From Setoptus koraiensis (Eukaryota > Animalia > Arthropoda): 64,000 bases of DNA. A program made the translations under genes and the position numbers. The stretch is from NCBI GenBank assembly GCA_048013815.1, contig CM106585.1, positions 21,886,001 through 21,950,000 of the forward strand, given 5' to 3'. This document shows positions 1-13,200 of this stretch, one piece after another. Within the stretch, counting starts at the first letter, position 1, and every line of letters begins with the position of its first letter. The notes beneath the pieces were generated by a model that worked only from the letters and a program-made list of their open reading frames with translations, was not told the DNA's origin and ran no database searches.

Positions 1-1780
1 TGATATTTTTCTGGCAAGTTATACTAGTACTATCAGGTTTGCTAACTGCGTCTCATCCGTATTGTCCGAGGGGTCATGGTGTTTTTTGTCGTTTATGGGA
101 GCCCCTTCTCTCTTCAGTTGAGCAACATTGAAAACAATAATAAAATGACTAAAATACATAAACAAACAAAACTGTATCCCAGTTTCTATATAATATGTAA
201 GCGGCCAGTGGAAACAGTAACAGTGTTTGTAACTGTGGTTTTCAAGGGATAATGTTGTAATGTCATAATAATTGTTGCAACATGTCCACAGTAGACTTTC
301 TGCATCTATACATTTATTGATTTTTGTTTGTTGTTTGTCTGTTTCTCGACTGCGATGTCTTAATTTGAATGTCGAAAACACACAGTACGTATCGCACTAC
401 GCAAAGTGCGTGATACTCCCAAAAAACATTCCAATGATAACTGACACACGCTGTACAGAGTGCGTTTTTGTCAATGGCTTTGCTGCTACCTTTTTTCTGA
501 ACCGCCAGGGCGGCGCTCGCATGATTTCATGCACGCTTAATTCGAGCCCAAATAAATAAACATTTATCGAGACACCCTGCCGTCGGCTGTGCGGCCCTTC
601 GTGCTCTCTGCGCCTCTGGCGGAGAAACAAAAAGCAGCTGAAAAGCCATTGGCAAAAGTGCACACAGTTCTCTAACAACAAACAGCCAGTAGGTGAGTTT
701 ATGTAGTTGTTGTTGTTTTTGTGAAAATCATTGCACGATACTGTAACAAGAACATTTGCTTGCAAGGTAACCTGACCGACTGTTTTAGGCAATTCTCTCT
801 AGACTCTAGAGTCTAGACTCACCTGTGAGGGTACAACTTGTATGTAAGCTTATTATATGGTGAAGTTTTAAAAACAAGTGCGACAATTCACTCAAAATTC
901 CACTCTTGTTTTCATGATATTCACCAGCGTAGTGAGACGATATTCCTAAATTAAAGAACGCTTGTCGCCTGTTTATTCTCATGACGAGCGCGCTAATTTG
1001 TACAACAAGAAAAAGACAAAATTGCAAAAAATGTTCGCCTGCCCCTTAACCAGCATACGGTGTGGTGAGCATTAATTTTGCAAAGTTGAGTAGACAAAAT
1101 CTCGAAGATGTAAGGAAACCAATTCGAAAAATTGTCGTCTAATATAGTCAGTTCTTGTCAGTCTTTGCTGTCTTCGTGTCATAGATCATCACCAAGAGAA
1201 TTGCCCGCCTACTGTCTTTTCCAGAGGCCTCAACACTGTCGATGCTCAGGAGTTCATACTTCCGTTCGCATAGTTTCCGGTGATCCAAACAAAAGCCAGC
1301 TTGCAACAAGAATATTTCGAGTGTCTGCTCAACACCATCACATGAGGGTGATTGCACGGAGGAAATCATCGATCAAGTCATGCAGTGTTTTCGATTTGCC
1401 CTCGACTGTCATCGGCAGCATCAGATGCGGACATCTAAAATCCAAGAAGCTCGGTGCTCATGAGCTCGATAGTAAAATATACAACCACTGCCATATGAAA
1501 CATAGATGCTAGCACCACATAGTTACCTACATGATGATATTTTCACTAACTCGATCCAAAAACTCAAAGGTTTGACTAGGGCTCGCAGTCTAAATATATT
1601 ACGACTCAAGATGGCATTCGAGTTTAAAAACGAAGAAACAAGGTATAGATGAAGTTTATTTGATTATCACAGACAATAGTAACTTAGAGAATTCGTTGAG
1701 TTGTCTCGACTAACTCATTTCCGCTTGATCGCATATACATTTTTGTTTCTTAGAGCTTAGGTATCATTTCTAATCCATTT

Positions 1781-4700
1781 TCACTTTAAATTAGGGGACA
1801 TCGAAGCCAAATGTCGAGGGGATAACCCAATGTCATCTAGATTCGAATATTCGTGGATGAGATCTGGTGTTTTACTATTTAATTTCAGCGATCCACTCGC
1901 GCTTCTTTCATGCTTTATTATGTCAAAATTAAATTCACCCATTGAGGTCTCCAATTGTTCTAATTGATGCGCTGCGCTAAGTGCCTCTAATCGGCTATCA
2001 GTCAACAAACGGTCCTTTTCTCTTAGTTGTCTTTCTAAATCTTCAATTTTCTTTTTTGCCAAGCAATATTGTTTCTCGAAATTTTGTCCATACGTCTTAT
2101 CGATTAAAGTTGTCGTAAGCTCATCTGAGCCGTTAGTTTTTATCTCTTTCATCCCGTCATTGGTAGTGCCATTTTTGCTACATGTATTAATTGTTTTGTT
2201 CATAGTTGACTGACCATTGTTAATAGAAGAGCCCATAGAGGAATGACCCCCAGTTAAATCGTCGGCATTCAGTGAATTCGACGATTGAACGCTAGTATCA
2301 CAAATGAGTATATCTTCTTGGCGTGACTCGGACGACGAGGATGACGTAGATATATCACTGGAATGTGAAGCTAATTCTGACGAGTTATTATTCTGTGGTT
2401 GATCCTTTTTCGTTTCTAAATTTGCGAAGTTGATCTCATCCATGTCCTGTGTCTTATCGCTATCTAAATGTTTGTCAAGAGTTGCACTGAGGCCATCGTC
2501 CAATTCATCTTCGTCATGATCTCTGCTCGTTGAATACAGTCTCTTATGCTGACTCTTGTACATTTGAACCTTTTGCTTCAGAGTATCAATTTCGTTGTCT
2601 TTTTTCTCAGTCAAAGTTGTCAATTGATGCAATCTGTTGTTGAGGGTGCTCAGCGATTGCTCAAATGCGGCCATCAATCCCGACTACCAAATAGAAAAAA
2701 TAAAACGTTATACGTTATAATAAATAATGTAACAAGAAAAGTTTTTTTTGTATCACTCACGACATAATAGACAGTCAATGAAAAGGTGGCATGATAGACT
2801 TACGTTGATGTTCAACTGATTCGACAGGGCCATATTTTTATCGCGCTCCATATCCAGCTCGCGCTGAAGTTTTCGCAGTTCATGCTGCAACTTAACCTCG
2901 GATATGTAAGCTGCCGACGATACTGTACATCGTGTTTGTTGTTGTTGGTCAATGGATGAATTGTTGTTGCTGCTGAAGTTGTTTGTTTGTTGTGCAACTG
3001 AGGCGAGTAAATTACTGGAGTAATGCCTGTTGAGCGAACTAAACTCAGAGGGTCCACTGGGTGAGAATGACGAATTAATATTGTTCGTATCCGAGTATAC
3101 ACTATTAGTTGTTTGTTGTTGCCCATTTACTGTTGCCGCCGGTGGCGAACTAGCTCGGCTAGAATTGCCTGATCTAGAGGCCGCTGAATTATGTTGTGAC
3201 GTGAGATGATGGTGCCTAATTAGCAAATTGTTAGTGAGAGCAGCAGATGTGGGCACCATTCTACCTGTTTGGGTCATGTCTAAGCAAGAGCCAGCCTTGA
3301 GAGAATTGGATCGACGAATTGCGGCAGCCAATGAAATACCCTGATAATTCGACGACGATTGTTGTGTCGAGAGAGTATCGTCGAATCGGTTGCCGGAATT
3401 ATAGGGAAATTGTTGAAAACAAGATTGTTGAACTGAGTAGCTACTGGCGGCCGATAACGAAGGCGACCTGGCTCTTCGGTAGAGAAAGTTTGTCGACGGC
3501 TGATTGGGTGTCAAATTGTTGCTGTTGTTGTTGTTGCTGGTAGTGATGGTTATTGGTGCTGTTGCAGATGCAGTGGTGACACTCTGATGCGACGACAATG
3601 ACGACGGAGAAGACGTGTGACTCTCCGATGACGAGCCCGATCCAGAGCTCTGAAACGGTGCCGGTTGTTGCGGGTTGTTGCCTTTGTAATGTCTAGTACT
3701 ATCGTACTGGCTGCTAGTGGACTTCGGAGGTGAACCCATAACGGCCGCGGCAAGATCATATCCACCCCCACCGACAACCGTGTTGGACGGGGCCGCTGCC
3801 AACATATATCCTGCTTTGCAATAGGTAGGCGATGGACCTCTATGTTGTTGTTGTTGGTGTTGTTGGTGGTGCTGTTTCTGTTGGTTGTTCATCAATTGAG
3901 AGTTATTAAGTCTGTTTTTGCCATAGTCCCAGTGAATCATTTGTGCTTGCTGCAGTGAGTCATTATGATGACTTTTGATTTGTTGTTGACCACTGACATA
4001 ATGAGATGCAGTTATTTGGTTGAGATGTAGTTGTTGTTGCTGCAAAGTAATGTGCTGGTAATGCGACTGTTGCTGGTGATTCTGCATTGCAGAGTAATCT
4101 GATGGTCGACAGCTATTACTACTGTACTCTGAGCAATTTTTTGAAGCAACATATTGCAGAGGATCATATTTGGAGTCTTGGCCAATGAATAAATTGTTGT
4201 TGTTGTTGTTATTCTGACTGTTGCATTGGATTTGAGTTGAGTTTGCTGACATATTTGAGTCGCAATAATTCAATTGGCTAGATGAGCCATTATTGTGGTT
4301 GCTCGATAATTGGCTGGAGTGTAAACTGGCCAAATTAATATTTAGACGCTGCTGTTGTTGTTGCTGTCGACTGTTGGTGTCTAAATCCGTTAATGTGGCC
4401 TCACTAGTATTGTTGTGATTTAAATACATTTGGTTGCCGTGACTAGCGATCGATGCCGCTAATTCTATTAATTGCTGATTGCTATTTTGCTGATGCTGTT
4501 TTATTTGCTTGTCGTGGGCGCCATTGTTAGCTGCATCGTTTGTATTATTTGTTGTTTGATTTGTCATAGCCAATGAGCTGACAAAATGAGTTGTTGCTAT
4601 GGTAGTTGGTTTATTGTATAGTTGTTGCTGGTGATGCAGCGACAAACAGTTGGCTTCTTTAGGCGACGAGATAGAGCTTATAGTAGACGACAGCTGACCG

Positions 4701-4895
4701 CGAACACTATTGTCAATCTTATTGTTATTGTTTGCTAAACTGCTAGATGTTGTTCCAATTGGCTTTGAATTAATATTGTGATTAGCTAGCGCCAATCGTG
4801 AATTTGGTGGCACTGAACAGCTAGCTAGAGAGCGTTGCTTTTGGGTGCCAGTGGGCAATTGGACTGTTTTGGTTCCTATATTTGTTGTCGTGATC
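1781..4895 (-). CDS. sick: Neuron navigator / sickie / UNC-53-like coiled-coil protein, last two exons: complement(join(1781..2683,2804..4895))
   Basis: Translation gives ELRKLQRELDMERDKNMALSNQLNIN|SGLMAAFEQSLSTLNNRLHQLTTLTEKKDNEI and REKDRLLTDSRLEALSAAHQLEQL, matching the two conserved navigator coiled-coil blocks. The phase-0 intron 2803..2684 has a GTAAGT donor and TTTGGTAG acceptor. The rest is S/N/Q-rich. AATAAA lies on the minus strand at 1660..1655. Confidence 0.8.
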
Positions 4896-5601
4896 CTATG
4901 AGTGTTGTTGGTCGAATGACAGCCAACGTTACATCATAACGTGGGCGATGAAATAAAATAATCAAAATGGGTTTGAGTCAATATTTGTGTGCTGCTTTGT
5001 TAGTGTGTTTGTCAAGTGGAACGTTAATTAATAGGGCGAATGATTATTTCTTTTCTTGATTATAGGATGCTCGGATCACCGGCAAATAATCCTTTTATTT
5101 AATCAATAAACACACACACACACATATTACTACTGATACTGGGAACTGGGCATAACTGGTTGTGTGTGCATGCTTCTAGTCTAGCGATCTGTTTTGCCTG
5201 TTTCGCTTGTTTGCAACACAAACCCAAACTGAAAGACTGAATCATTGCAATCTTGATATAATTGCCCTTGGAATGCAAGTGAGATATGCATATAAATATA
5301 TAGATAGATAAACTGGCAAGTGGCTATTGTTATGCTAATGGCAACAACAACACAACATCAGATAGGGTCTTGGCGAGCCGAACGAAATTGTGCATGTTAT
5401 GTAATATCAATGTTGACTCACTCTCGATAATGGTCTCGCTCGAAGCAAACGCAATGCATGCGTATCGGTAAACATTCGGTTGTTCGGTAAGCAACGGATA
5501 GCAGCAGCAGCAGCAACGTATGTATGGTAGCCATTGCATAGTCATAGTTACGATTGGTCACCCATAACTACGACAGCGACAACGACAACGATAACGACAA
5601 C

Positions 5602-5635
<34 letters not shown>

Positions 5636-6484
5636 ACGGCGGCCATAACAATAGTGGCAGCGTAACATTGATCGGCAGACAGTACGGCTCCGCCGTTCAT
5701 AGCGCACGCAAGCACGGGCATGGTGAGTACGCGAACGCCCCTAGAGACACACACACACTATTAGAGTAATGAAACACACACACACAAAGCCTGGTATTCA
5801 ATGCCGCTAGGGGACCCTAAACATCGGATGTCGTTTGCGAAATGTTGGTTCCAATTGCCGACTACAGAGGGCCTCGCTTCCGCTTGTAAAGCAATCTGAC
5901 ACTTGCTAGCAGCGGGCCGACAGTTAATGCCGTTGGAGCCTCAATTCTTGAGGCCGACACTAACTGTTTTCTCGCTGCATCGCACGAGCATTTCTCGGGA
6001 GCTAGTGCAGCTGAGAGCATGCGCAGCAGCAGCGGATACAGTGTGCCCATTATGTCGCTATGTGCCGCCAATTTATGGCCTCCGATTATCTGAGTCGGAT
6101 AGCTTTTGTGTGAGACAGCGGGCACACAGTACACAGTACATAGGAATGGGATGAGTCATCGTGAAATTAACCACCGACCACTTGCCAGACAGTTGGCGCG
6201 ATGACGTCATTGCCTGTGTCTGTTTGCACTATCTCAAACATTCAATTCACTATCACAGTGTTTGAGATTCCATAAGTCACCAGAAACAACAGCATCTAGC
6301 TCTTGTGCCACGAGTAATGCAAGTGAAGGAGTGATACAAGTGCCGAGTATCAAATAGCTAAAGCGCGATGCATTGCGCAACTAACAATGACGTTGTAAGT
6401 CAATCAATGTTTGTAAGTTGCGCAATATAAATAGATGCCATTAATCGCTCGCAATTAATGGTAATTAAGCGATTGTCAACTCAC

Positions 6485-6957
6485 CTTGATAGGGCCACAA
6501 GTCCTGATATGGGCTGGGGTAGATTTGATCGCGAACACTTTGATCGGGTTGCGCTTATCTTGGCGCTACTGGGACGCCAAGCGCAACGCCGAGGTAACTG
6601 GCTTTGCATAATTGTTCCGCTTGTCTGTTGTTGTGGCGTCTCTGGCGTGTCCACTAAGCTACTTCGTGCATCCTTGATTGGTTGTTGTTGAGCCTGATGC
6701 TGTTGAGTTTGATGCTGTTGGGCTTGATGTTGTTGGGCTTGATGTTGTTGGGCTTGATGTTGTTGGGCTTGATGTTGTTGAGCGCCCAATTGAAACAATT
6801 TGCTCTTGCTTTTCATCGATGCTTGCTTGATCTTATCGTTGGCTCGATTTGCCTCTATCAGTTGTTGTTTTTTATGTTGAGCAAAGTTGCCTTTGTTGTT
6901 GTTGTTGTTGTTGCTGTTGCTGCTGCTATCTTTGTAGATGCTCTTTAGCAATGTCAT
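6485..6957 (-). CDS. Probable first coding exon of the navigator-like gene (N/Q-rich, QAQQH repeats)
   Basis: ATG at 6957; the open frame ends in a phase-2 AG|GTGAGT donor at 6484, phase-compatible with a CATAG| acceptor at 4896. The joined CDS would be 1155 aa. The linkage is inferred. Confidence 0.45.
6681..6785 (-). repeat. 15-bp coding tandem repeat x7 (QAQQH)
   Basis: Units of GATGTTGTTGGGCTT and close variants are visible on the + strand. Confidence 0.9.
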
Positions 6958-9900
6958 GTTTATGATCGTTTCGTTTCAGTAATAGGCTAATTATACTGCC
7001 ACAATCACTCAAATGTATTAATAGACAATTGACAAGTTTCAAATGTCCCAGCAAAAGTCTGTTTTGTTTATCTTGTTTTCACGCGTCCTATCTACATATC
7101 GACGTATCTCCTCCACTGGCTGTCGGGCCGCCAGGGCTATCAGGTTGTTTGTTGGCTGATGCGTGTCGCCCAATACTTTGCATCTACTTTGTCTACTATG
7201 TGCTCAATTAATGCAAATGTTTCCTGTGCCACCTTTGAGATGCTTTCAGTTAAATATTCGATGATCGTTGAATTAAGACCGTGACTCATATTGCACACAC
7301 ACACACACACACTATAATATCATATATCACATAAATCACAAATGGCGGCTAGCTGATAATTGTAATTGTAGAATGGCAAACATATAAAACTATCAACTTT
7401 GTTTATGACTCACAATGTCTGTAGCTGTTTCGTCGCCATCTAGACAGAATGGAGACCTTCGACAAGAGTTCGAGTTGCTAAAGTTGACAATTGTATCTGT
7501 CCATGTCTATGCTTCTATTGTGTGGCCAAACCAAAAGACAACACCGACAACAATCTTGATACTCTGAATACTCTGACAAAACTTTCACAATGATACCAGT
7601 GTGAGCATGCTCAATGGCCACCTTCATGGTAGCTGAGGCGCATGAGCGGTGGGCGCGGGAGCATTGGCGGTAAAGCACTGGATAATCCAGTGACCGGATA
7701 AAACATGCCGGACTCACTGTGGTCAGAGCGACATTTGCGGTGCAATTATTTGCTTATTATATTTGTTGTTATTATCTGATCGAGCTGCTTGTTGTCTTGC
7801 CGATAACAGTATCAATTTAATCATACTATTGTAGCATGACATGTTTGCGATTAATGTTGGCAAGTCTTTCATGTGTTCACAACTGTTATGATAAACAGCA
7901 ACAGCAATGACAAAGAAATGACATTCGTCAATACAACGACACAACATAATGACCACCTTGTTGTCACCCGCATCTAGACTTGCATCGATGATTACACAAT
8001 TCTAGCTAGACGAGACACGGTCTGGCTCGTTTCATCAGTGTACACTCGACAGAAAGTATAAATGATATTTCATCAAATATAATTTCATCGATGGTATATT
8101 TCATTTACAGTATGCATGCCGAAACTTATCTCCCTATAGGTGGCCCTCTTTATATTGGAGCCCCAATAATTGTATTTCTTCTTTGAGATTCACCTTTTTC
8201 CTGCAGCTCGGATGATGCTAATGCCTCGAATGTCCAATTCAAAACACGATGGTTGTTGTCTTGCTGTTGGCAGGATGAGTAGGCCGTTGCGTGAAACAAT
8301 TCCATCTCTGATCGTAGTTGTTTACTTTTGACGTAAACAAAGAATAGTTTCTGCTCATGTTTGCAACGGCAGTAGCATATCTACATAAAACAACGCCAGT
8401 CTCTGGTTTGGGTAAACAAATTGTCAACAGTAATATCTAGGTCACAATGCACTCAATCCTTTCAGCCGACCTGACTCAATACATATAAATGGCATATACA
8501 TGTATATGTACATATTCAACATTTGATTTAATCGGCTGCTCAATTTCCCAAACTCAATCGATGTCACTTGTGTGCTGTTTAAATGACTATTCTTACAACG
8601 AGATCCCATGATGAAAAATGAGCTACAACAACTGATACATTTAATATCTGATTATATTATCTGATGAGCTTGGGGCGCCCGGAGAGGAGCAGTTCAAGCG
8701 GAAAGTTGCTACCATGTTGCATGACGCTGAATGCTAATCAAGCCGCTAAAATGATAAATGACAAATTTTTATTGTTGAAACAGACTGTATGGATTGAATC
8801 ATATCTTGACTATTCATTCTAATACTCACAATACCTTGTCAGTTATATCTTATGTGATTCGCGTCGGACCTTCTTCAATGTGGCTCGATCAACAAGACTA
8901 GCTAGGCAATTTTTGTTTCAGATTCGTTTCGATCGTTTCAAGCATTTTTCATTTCCAAAGTTAGCTTCAAATCCAACAAACATTGTGGGTGACGCTTTTG
9001 CTCGCTATTGTTTTTATAAATTTACATTTAAATTTTAAGTTTACATCTTTTCTGATATGATTATTGGCGAGACTAAACAGAAGACCTGAAAAATAGCATC
9101 CTATCTCATATTGATGAATAAATTTATCTCCAGCACTAGTATGAAATGTACAACCATGAAATACTCGTTCTACGATATGTCCGTTCTATGAACCGTACGC
9201 CGGAGAATTGTAGGAAAATGAAATGCTATTTGATGAAACGATCCTATCCCCAAGACATTCTCTCGAATGTCCGATCTCACTATTTCTATTGAACATCAAC
9301 AAAAATTGTGGACTGCACAGTAGCTGAAACAATACATCTCATAAATTTGTTGTATCCTACAATCTAGATTGTGGAACGAATAGCGCACTGTCATTGATCG
9401 ATCATTTTGATCACACAATGTCCGATACTGATCTCAATAATTATATATTGAGTGGAACATACGCACCTTCGTTCGCTCTTCTCTGCCAAGAAACTTGTAT
9501 TTAAAGGCGACATCCTTATCATAGAGTTTCATTGCCGTTAAGAAATAGGAAATTTCAATCACATTATCATACAATGTTGCTAAGTATCCAATCTTGAGAC
9601 ACACAAGACAAATCATTTTATCCGTGTAAAAGTTGCTTGCACTGATAGGTGACTGAGTCGTTACCGTGCAGAAAGAAAAATTTCTATTGTACCGAAATTT
9701 GACATATATGTAGAAGATGAGTTGAAGAAGAAAGAGAGTGAAAACTTGATTTCGATGAATTCTTTTCATCTGCTATATGTTAGCAAGACAATAATAAGTT
9801 GATATCCCATTTATTTGTCGCGTATCTGACGTGAAATTATTGCAATGCTGATGTGATGATAATCAAATACATTTGTATTGTATGCATAGTATAATACATA

Positions 9901-10281
9901 CGAAAAATTGCAAAACGCAATGTGATGAAATTTTGCTGCATGAAAAATACTTATGCGAAGAAGCCAAAATTTTATCTCTAGTGTGTTTAGTCGCGCACTC
10001 TCGATGCATTGATAAAGCAAATTTGTACCATATACAAATTGAGGCCGACTTTATGAAAAAGTTCTGCCATAATGCAAAAGTGACTGAACTGATTTATGAT
10101 CACATTCAGTGCAAACTTATTGATAACGAGTAGTTTCTTGTGACAGAGAAAACGCGCGACTCGGAGTTGTTATCCTAGCGAACTGTAAGTTTTGATGATT
10201 GCTTGTAAATCGTTTAATGATAACAGTAGTAATGCTAACATAGAGATCAGAGACCTATTGATATCACAGTAATGATTATAT

Positions 10282-13200
10282 TCAAGTGAACAACGAAAAA
10301 GTTGTTGTTTGTTGGTCAAATATGTACATGATAATAATTGCGTAGACTAGATGAATGGCAAAATAATACGAATAACGGTGGTGGCTTGAATGAAACAACG
10401 ATGAGGGCCCACTGGCACTAGTTTCAAAGACGGTGCGACACAATTTGAAATGAGTGGATATTTTCTCTGTTCCGTGACGAGTTGCCTTCCTTACATGACC
10501 AAACGTTATTAAATTGTTCACTTCTATTTGTAGTTGATGCGCCTTCTGTCCATAGAAATGTATGGTCATTTGAACGCATTCGCCATCGGCCACCAATTTA
10601 GTTGCTTTCAATTCTGGCACTATTAACCAATCGGCTGCGCCCAATAACGATCGCATTTGTTCAATGAATTTAGCCACAGTAAATGATGGATTGCGCCTAA
10701 TAACAACATTACTCAATAGGTGTATATCGGGAAAAATGTTTGCGCACGCCAATTTGACATTTGGTGCTCTATTGTCGAATATTATAAGCGATCTACCCAT
10801 TATAGAGTAATTGCCCACCAATGGCAGATTAGAATCGCTAAACATTTGTCTATTGTTTGGACCCAATGTTAGATAACCATGCCTGAGACCTAGATCGCCC
10901 ATCGCACAGGTGAGCGGTTCTTTAATGGTGCACTTGTTTTTGTACAAATCCGATTTGTCTTGCGCCAAATAAGGATTCCATTTAAAGCCTGACGCAATAC
11001 AACGAACATTGTCCACCGAGTTATAGGCATCGGCGCCCACTTGATTCACGTATATGGCCCAATTGTGATTGTAACTAATATGAAATTCGCCGGCGCCATT
11101 GTTGTGCGTTCTCAAATCTAATTGTATCCATGTGTCACTTAAACTGCCATCCTTGTGTTCCAATTGTCTAAATCTAACATAGCCAGCAACATTGGAACGT
11201 GGATCGTCAAATGACGCCACTCCAACTATTTCGCGCGTTTCGTGTCTATCATAATCGAGCTCAATGTTACCACAAACCCAACGAAAATTTGTCGCTCTCG
11301 TACGCAACACCATTGAGCGACCAATGATCGATTTAGGAGCAAACAGGGGCAAATTGGCGTCACTATAGTGCCTTGTAACACTACCGGTGGCCTCTATTAG
11401 GCCATGTTTCTTGCTCAGGTCACCCACTTTGAATTGATCAGATGTTTGCAGTGGGCCAAAATGGGCAGTTGGCGGCAGTCTGAAGTTGTTCTCCTGATCG
11501 TATGGGTCATAGAGGTCGTAAACGGAATCATTTGAGCAGGGAAACTCTTTGTCTTCCATACTCCAAGCATCATGAATGCCATAATGTTCCACATTGCCCT
11601 CTAAACCATTTAGATCCATTTGAATCTGAGTGGCCATCTTGGCCGATTCTTGACGAAACGTTACACTGCCTTGAACTGCAGACGGAATACTCGGGCCGGA
11701 GTTCCATAGTTTAATTGATGCCTTCAGTGGATGCGATGCCTTAATAGTGGTACATGCCAAACGGTTGCCACGTTGGGTGGGCGACTTTTCATCGTAAACC
11801 ACTACCGAGCGACCAATGACGGAGTAATGTTTGCTCAATGGAAGAAACATGTCATGATAATATAAGACACTTCTGTTGCTGTAATCGCTAGTTAGCATCA
11901 CCTTCTCATTGGACTTGCCGGCCAGGTCGCCTACACGACAGCGAAGCTCGGGCCCAGAGCGACATTGTCTAGAGTATTGGTCAGGATTGAGATTGGCGGC
12001 TGCCTGAAACGGGTCATAAATGTCACTAACACTTTCGCATCTGCTACTCCAATTGTAAAAATCGGCGAGGGCCGGTTTAAGATGTAATTGCCAATTGTGA
12101 TCAAAACTGTCACCAGCCACTGTCTCGTCCACATTATGCAATTCAACTAGCACACTTGTTTCTGCCTCCGAATCTTCGCTCAATTGTCGAAATGTTATTC
12201 GGCCCACAATTGGATAGTAGAAGGTGGCTACAGCCGTTTTAACACTGTCTTCAAAATAGTCAATATTAGCACATAGCCACGTGTCACCGTTGTTCTTGCG
12301 TAACGCCAACGATCTACCAATAATGGAATTTCGGCCGAATAAAGGCAAATTCAAGTCTGTCCACTTGCCAGCATAGTGATCCTCGTACTCTGACTCCATC
12401 AAAACCAAGTGGCCATGTTTCAGGTCCAGACTGCCCACTTCGAAATTTTCCAAGCTTTTGAGTCGTCCGATGGTGCTCATCTCAACAGTTTTATTATTGG
12501 CTGTCGAGTCCACATGACTATTCACTTTGTACGGATTGAATACTTTGCCTAAATTTGAGCAATTTTCACTCTGATTAATCCCGCTCAGTCCGCTTGGTAA
12601 CTCGTGTATTCTGAAATTTTTCACATTACCTTCTAGGTTATGTATGTCGTAAGAGATGTAGGTGGGCTCACTGAAATGGCGCTGACTAAATCTCATCCAG
12701 CCAGAGACACCCTCACTTTGAATGGTGGCCTCAACTTGACGCGTCTTGAATGGCACAATTTGGGCACAACTTACAATGTTTTTGCTGTTTGTCGTCTTGT
12801 TGCCGGAAGCGGCAGGCAGTGTCGAACCTTGCTCAAATATAGCCAAGAACAGTGACCGAGATCCCTCCAAGGCGGATATGGGCAAGTTTTTGTCTATCAC
12901 TGTGGATCTGGTATTTTTACCTACTCCGGCAATATTGATTAATCCGTGCTTCTTAGTGAAATCGCCCATACGGCAGTTGTTGTGCGAATCGCGCTTACAA
13001 TCTTGATCCTCGCCCACATTATTAGGGTCAAACAATACCTGAAGGTAACGACATTCCGATTCGTGACGTCTCTCATCCAATATGTCGCTAGCCAGTATTT
13101 TCCATTCGTGTCGTGTGCTAAGCTTCGATTTTATGTGATACAAGTCGCTGCTTATCAATGTTAAACCTTCTTGGTTGCCACGAAATACAACACGACCACC

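Noticed and set aside
19-1560. Several 70-130 aa ORFs left of the navigator-like gene
   Set aside because: No recognisable motif or Walker A; overlapping frames on both strands with stops. Cannot be assigned to NAV or any other gene.
5370-5395. 14-nt match to miR-375 on the minus strand
   Set aside because: The seed region differs and there is no adequate hairpin.
5534-5575. 11-nt match to the 5' end of miR-153
   Set aside because: Lies on the wrong arm of only a short imperfect stem.
8590-10130. Protein-like fragments and a C/D-box-like ATGATGA...CTGA at 8607-8665
   Set aside because: Frames are broken on both strands with no identifiable family; no convincing guide sequence or terminal stem for a snoRNA.
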